From Candidatus Woesearchaeota archaeon (lineage in GTDB: Archaea > Nanobdellota > Nanobdellia > Pacearchaeales > GW2011-AR1): DNA of 35,454 nt. This document shows, one piece after another, positions 31,309 through 35,454 of this stretch (position 1 is the stretch's first letter; every line of letters begins with the position of its first letter). Location: the NCBI GenBank assembly GCA_964383425.1, contig CAYLGX010000003.1, forward strand, positions 1 through 35,454. The letters run 5' to 3'. A program made the translations under genes and the position numbers. A model generated the notes under the pieces. The model made no database searches. It was not told where the DNA came from and saw only the letters and a list, made by a program, of their open reading frames with translations.

Positions 31309-34300
31309 TTCATAAAAAAACTTTACTAGCGGGAATATGTTTTTCAGAAATATTTATGATGATACTTTCTACTTTTGCTTTTGCATTTATGATTGCAAGT
31401 ACACTTGCAGTAACTGCGGTTGCAGCTACTCCTATTGTTGATGCTGCTTCCCCACTAGACTTTACTGTAAAAGGATGTTGTACCCAAGCTAATGATGGAA
31501 GTGTTTGTCAAGATATGAGTGCTGGCGCTGCAGAATTATTATGTAAAAATCCACTTGTACTAACTGATTGTAATCACGTTTCAAATTGTCAGAAAGGATG
31601 TTGTTATAGTAAAGAAGATGGTGTTTGTTCAATGAATTCTCCTAAAGAAAAATGTACAGACAATGGCGGCGAATGGAGCAGTAACGCAATGTGTAATATT
31701 CCTGAATGTTATATGGGCTGCTGCGTGATTAATGATCAAGCTTCAGTTACTAGTTCAAGAGAATGTACAAAACTTTCAAGAGATTATAAAGTAACTAAAC
31801 AACTTATGCCTCTTGATGAAAACGGAGGATGTAGTGCTTATTCTGGCTTAACAAACAAGGGTGCTTGTTTAATTCCGACTGATGATTATTCTGGAGAAAA
31901 TACTTGCCAATCTACAACTAAAGCTGCATGTAATGGAATATTCTATGAAAATTATTTATGCACGGCTCCTGAACTAAATACTGATTGTATGAAATCAACC
32001 AATACTACTTGTTATACTGACGACAGAATTTATTATCAGGATACTTGCGGAAATATGGCAAATGTATATGATTCTACAAAATACAATAGTGTGGATTACT
32101 GGACTTATGTTGAGGACCCTAGATACTCTTGTTCAAATCCTTCTGCAAGTTGCGGAAATTGCCAATATGTCGGCGGAACTAGATGCACTGCTTATGATAA
32201 ATTAAAAGATGCTAAACCTACTTACGGAGATAATGTTTGCAGAAGTCTTAACTGTGATAACGGAAGAAAACATGGAGAGAGCTGGTGTATTTCAGATTAT
32301 AATACTGCACAATTTGGAGCAAGCCCAGTAGGCAGTAGATTCTATCGAGGCATTTGTATGGACGGAGAAATATCAATTGAAACTTGCGCAGATTTTAATA
32401 ACGAAGTTTGTATGGAGGTAGCTAGCGGAAGTTATACTGAAGCTAAATGTCAAACAAATCAATGGAGAAGTTGTCTTGCTGCAAATAATAAACAAACTTA
32501 TGAAGAAATAAAAAGTGAATGCGATAAATACGAACAATGCACTCTTTTTGAAGATATAATTTTTGAAGGATTAAAAACTGAGGCTGGAGAATCTGAAACT
32601 TCGAATGGAACTGCGCCATGGTCAAGCATGCCTGGATTTTTAAGAGTAAATAATAATAAGCAAGGAGCTAGCGACGATGGAGTAGGTAAAGAAGCTAATC
32701 CAGTTGTAGCTCACTGCGTTCCAAAATATACCCCTGGAATGGTTTTCTGGCAAAGTGAATCTGCTACTAAAAATCCTACTACTGCTGCAACACCAACTAA
32801 CGCCGTAGCATCGGCTAACTCAGAATATGGGGGCAGTGTTGCAGAAACAAATGCAATTTGCTCACTAGGAGGATTTGTTTGTATAAATCATTTAAAAAAA
32901 GAAAACCCATTAAATCCAAGTAGTAGCTGGAGTAATGCTGACTTAAATAATTGGGTTTGTAATATTGATTCTAATAATGCTAAATCTGAAACTAGTATTC
33001 CAATATGGATGGCTGGTTTGAATGAAAAATGTAAAATGCTCGGACCATGCGGAATTTCTCCTAACATTGCTGGAGAGATAGGAAATTATGTCGAGGGTTC
33101 TTCTAATTCTTCGATAAAAAGAAGTATGGTTGATGAAAAAAGTAAAACTAAAGATAATCTCGATGTTTCAAAATATAATATTGATAAAACTTATATTGAA
33201 AATTTAGTAGAACGACCCCAAATAAAAACAATTGGATCAATAACAGATAAAGCAGATTCTGCCCTGGCCGGAGATATTAAACTAACAACTGCAGGAAGTT
33301 CTAGCGAAACAATTCCTAGCGCGGGTTCTACTGAAACCTCAGTTACTGCTGCAGAAACTGCTGCACAAGCTGCAATTAATTCACAGAATAAAATGGACGC
33401 AGAAAAATTACTCGGTACATTATTTGGAACTGCGGGATTATTTGGAATACAATCCGTAGGTGGGGCTGGGACAATCTGGACTGGCTCTGAAACAGTTAAT
33501 GCAGCAGGGCAAACAATCACAAAAGGCGGACCTACTATTGGAAAACCTGGCTGGGCAGGACAAGCATCAGCAGCAGCACTAGGTGCATCTGCAGGAGCAC
33601 TACTCGGAGGATTAATTGCAGATAAATGGCTTCATTATTCTCCTGGGAAAACAAAAGCGTTTACTAATGCTATGATGGGAGTAGGAGCAGCAGCAGGAGT
33701 TGCAATATATTCTTATCTTCCCGCAATGATGTCAGATAAAGTTGTCGCCACCTGGGGTACACCCGGCGGTTTTGGTTGGACAGTTATAGTCATAGCAATA
33801 ATTTATGCAATATATTCTTATTATTTTACGGGCGTGGATAATGAGTATTATATTACCGAATATTCTTGTAAAGCTTGGGAACCTCCAGCTAAAGGTGAAT
33901 GTGATGCCTGTAATACTGATGTTAGACCATGCAGCGAATATAGTTGCAGATCAATTGGAAAAAATTGTCAATATTACACGGATCTTGGAGAACCGGGATA
34001 TTGTGCACAAATGACTGATACGGGCAGCGCTACAATAAGTCCATGGCAACAAGTAATTACGGAAGGCCATAAATATACAGATGTAGGAGAAATGAGATTT
34101 AGTATTGCTACAAGTTCTGATAGAGAACTTGATGCTTGGAAAGGAGTTGAATTTGGAATTGTTACTGATAAACCTGCTAATTGTAAAATTGATACAACTC
34201 ACAGAGATACATATGACGAAATGGCAACTAGTTTTACAATTGATAATTCAGATGCAAATAATGTAGAAAATACGCATCATAAAATTGCTATTTCTCCATT

Positions 34301-35348
34301 CGTAACTGCTGGAGGAATTGCACAATCTACATTATCAATGAAACCTGGAGAAAATAATTATTATATTAGATGTAAGAATTTTGCAGGTAGTTGGAATACT
34401 GCAGAGTTTGCAGTAAAAGTAAATGTTGGCCAGGGCCCAGATTTAACTCCGCCAATAATTACTAGTTTTACTCCCGAATCTGGAAGTTATGTAAAATTTG
34501 GAGAGAATATTACTACAATAAGCCTTAATGTAAATGAACCTAGCGAATGTAGATACACTCAAGAAAATAATTTAAGATTTGAAGACATGACTGGAAAAAT
34601 GTCTTGCTTTAGTGTACCTAGTGCTGGAACACTTGGAAACTGGCCTTGCACCGCTACAACTGGAAATTTAACTAAGGGAGAAAATAAATTCTATTTCCAG
34701 TGCAAAGATCATCCAGAATATGAGGCTGAAGAAAAATCTACTCAAAGAAATATTAATCGAGTAAGTAAAGAATACACTGCGAATTTATGTATGGAAGGAT
34801 TAAAAATTATTGATGTTAAACCTGATTCCAAAATAATAACAGGCATATCTCCAATTTCAATAGATCTTGAGGCTACAACTGCCGGATGCATAAATAATGG
34901 AGAAGCAACTTGTGCTTACAGTATTAACAATAAAGGTTATGTTGAATTTTATACAACGAATGGAAAAACACATACTCAAACATTTAGCACAATGATTCCA
35001 GGAAATTATAATATCAGTGTACAATGTAGTGATAAGGCTGGAAATACTGCAGAAAGAAGTGTTCTATTAAAAATAGATTTAGATAATACTGTTCCAATAA
35101 TAACTAGAACTTATGATCTTAATAAAAATTTATATGTTATGACTAATGAAAATACAGTTTGTGCTTATAATAATAATATTTCAACTGCTTGTTCATTTAA
35201 GTTCACAGATAATGTAACTATCATGAGCGGAGAATATTCACTATTGCATACTACTCCTTGGAAAGTAAATCAACCTTATTTTATTAAGTGCAAAGATATC
35301 TACGGAAATACCAACGATGATTGCGCAATAAAACTTAATACTTACTAA
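31305..35348 (+). CDS. 1347-aa cysteine-rich polytopic envelope protein: signal peptide, Cys-rich N-terminal ectodomain, central Gly/Ala-rich TM bundle, and four C-terminal Ig-like repeats
   Basis: The ATG at 31305 overlaps the upstream stop (ATGA). CC-containing motifs are KGCCTQANDGSVCQD, QKGCCYSKEDGVCS and CYMGCCVIND. Hydrophobic segments lie at about 33409-33830 (LLGTLFGTAGLFGIQ, AALGASAGALLGGLIA, AMMGVGAAAGVAIYSYL, FGWTVIVIAIIYAIYSYYF). The four C-terminal repeats end in GENNYYIRCKNFAGS, GENKFYFQCKDHPE, GNYNISVQCSDKAGN and QPYFIKCKDIYGN. Confidence 0.8.
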   Translation: MIHKKTLLAGICFSEIFMMILSTFAFAFMIASTLAVTAVAATPIVDAASPLDFTVKGCCTQANDGSVCQDMSAGAAELLCKNPLVLTDCNHVSNCQKGCCYSKEDGVCSMNSPKEKCTDNGGEWSSNAMCNIPECYMGCCVINDQASVTSSRECTKLSRDYKVTKQLMPLDENGGCSAYSGLTNKGACLIPTDDYSGENTCQSTTKAACNGIFYENYLCTAPELNTDCMKSTNTTCYTDDRIYYQDTCGNMANVYDSTKYNSVDYWTYVEDPRYSCSNPSASCGNCQYVGGTRCTAYDKLKDAKPTYGDNVCRSLNCDNGRKHGESWCISDYNTAQFGASPVGSRFYRGICMDGEISIETCADFNNEVCMEVASGSYTEAKCQTNQWRSCLAANNKQTYEEIKSECDKYEQCTLFEDIIFEGLKTEAGESETSNGTAPWSSMPGFLRVNNNKQGASDDGVGKEANPVVAHCVPKYTPGMVFWQSESATKNPTTAATPTNAVASANSEYGGSVAETNAICSLGGFVCINHLKKENPLNPSSSWSNADLNNWVCNIDSNNAKSETSIPIWMAGLNEKCKMLGPCGISPNIAGEIGNYVEGSSNSSIKRSMVDEKSKTKDNLDVSKYNIDKTYIENLVERPQIKTIGSITDKADSALAGDIKLTTAGSSSETIPSAGSTETSVTAAETAAQAAINSQNKMDAEKLLGTLFGTAGLFGIQSVGGAGTIWTGSETVNAAGQTITKGGPTIGKPGWAGQASAAALGASAGALLGGLIADKWLHYSPGKTKAFTNAMMGVGAAAGVAIYSYLPAMMSDKVVATWGTPGGFGWTVIVIAIIYAIYSYYFTGVDNEYYITEYSCKAWEPPAKGECDACNTDVRPCSEYSCRSIGKNCQYYTDLGEPGYCAQMTDTGSATISPWQQVITEGHKYTDVGEMRFSIATSSDRELDAWKGVEFGIVTDKPANCKIDTTHRDTYDEMATSFTIDNSDANNVENTHHKIAISPFVTAGGIAQSTLSMKPGENNYYIRCKNFAGSWNTAEFAVKVNVGQGPDLTPPIITSFTPESGSYVKFGENITTISLNVNEPSECRYTQENNLRFEDMTGKMSCFSVPSAGTLGNWPCTATTGNLTKGENKFYFQCKDHPEYEAEEKSTQRNINRVSKEYTANLCMEGLKIIDVKPDSKIITGISPISIDLEATTAGCINNGEATCAYSINNKGYVEFYTTNGKTHTQTFSTMIPGNYNISVQCSDKAGNTAERSVLLKIDLDNTVPIITRTYDLNKNLYVMTNENTVCAYNNNISTACSFKFTDNVTIMSGEYSLLHTTPWKVNQPYFIKCKDIYGNTNDDCAIKLNTY

Positions 35349-35351
35349 CTA

Positions 35352-35454
35352 ATGATCTATAAAAATAAACGTGGCCAGCTAACCCTCTTCGTCATAATTG
35401 CAATAATAATTATTTCTGCGCTTACTATCGGACTTGTATATTTTAAACAAACTC
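35352..35454 (+). CDS. 5' end of a second prepilin-like gene (paralogue of 30547-31308), cut by the window edge
   Basis: The ATG at 35352 lies 3 nt after the upstream stop. It encodes MIYKNKRG-QLTLFVIIAIIIISALTIGLVYFKQT. Confidence 0.7.
   Translation, partial: MIYKNKRGQLTLFVIIAIIIISALTIGLVYFKQT
35376..35454 (+). repeat. Copy 2 of the 79-nt leader-coding repeat
   Basis: See 30571-30649. The repeat may continue beyond the window end. Confidence 0.9.

Noticed and set aside
14744-34202. Other short track ORFs: 14744-14938, 14760-15194, 15549-15731, 16132-16341, 18482-18667, 20824-21018, 21290-21493, 21533-21751, 21646-21864, 23371-23613, 24717-24917, 26316-26600, 27696-27926, 28376-28642, 29034-29534, 32443-32625, 33191-33520, 33805-34014 and 33951-34202.
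   Set aside because: Each lies antisense to or out of frame within a much longer ORF that has clear family signatures. They have biased composition and no recognisable motifs.

Overview
AT-rich (about 30% G+C in lines I counted) archaeal window. It fits a small-genome DPANN-type archaeon: archaeal Hjc, PCNA, a fused PriS-PriL primase, a Dph2 fragment, TATA-like boxes 20-30 nt upstream of several ATGs, and Asn/Lys/Ile-rich proteins. This taxonomic placement is inference.

(1) Positions 1-12661 on the minus strand are one uninterrupted reading frame. The supplied ORF track does not list it because its stop lies beyond the left edge. It encodes at least 4220 codons of a membrane-anchored surface protein with 10 LamG-type lectin domains, Ig-like modules and three glycine-rich beta-helix-like blocks. 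It contains an internal duplication of about 4.65 kb. Two translationally coupled genes precede it: a DUF2080-like gene and a 113-aa copy of the giant protein's own N-terminal leader.

(2) 13.2-16.1 kb holds a truncated or split Dph2 and a GlcD-like FAD oxidase. The oxidase is flanked by the two halves of a split, permuted GlcF-like Fe-S subunit.

(3) 16.1-19.5 kb has visibly higher G+C. It carries a tightly packed minus-strand operon: a 214-aa unknown, a receiver-like protein with a large insertion, and a P-loop AAA_28-like NTPase fused to an unknown domain. A 105-aa unknown and a DUF2157/GDYXXLXY membrane pair lie upstream. This is my best candidate for an undescribed system.

(4) 20.8-26.5 kb holds Hjc and several secreted, C-terminally anchored proteins. 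Two of them share a fixed-spacing cysteine module next to the membrane anchor.

(5) 26.5-29.8 kb holds a Cas4-like nuclease overlapping the fused, cysteine-less PriS-PriL primase, divergent from PCNA.

(6) 29.9-35.45 kb is a chain of genes joined by ATGA overlaps: RHH, nuclease-like/wHTH, a prepilin-like 258-aa protein, and a 1347-aa cysteine-rich polytopic protein. A second prepilin-like gene follows, and its leader is nearly identical at the DNA level.

No rRNA, tRNA, CRISPR array, transposase or integrase was seen. The ORF track uses alternative starts such as TTG, so several listed starts are over-extended; I give refined ATG starts where the sequence supports them.
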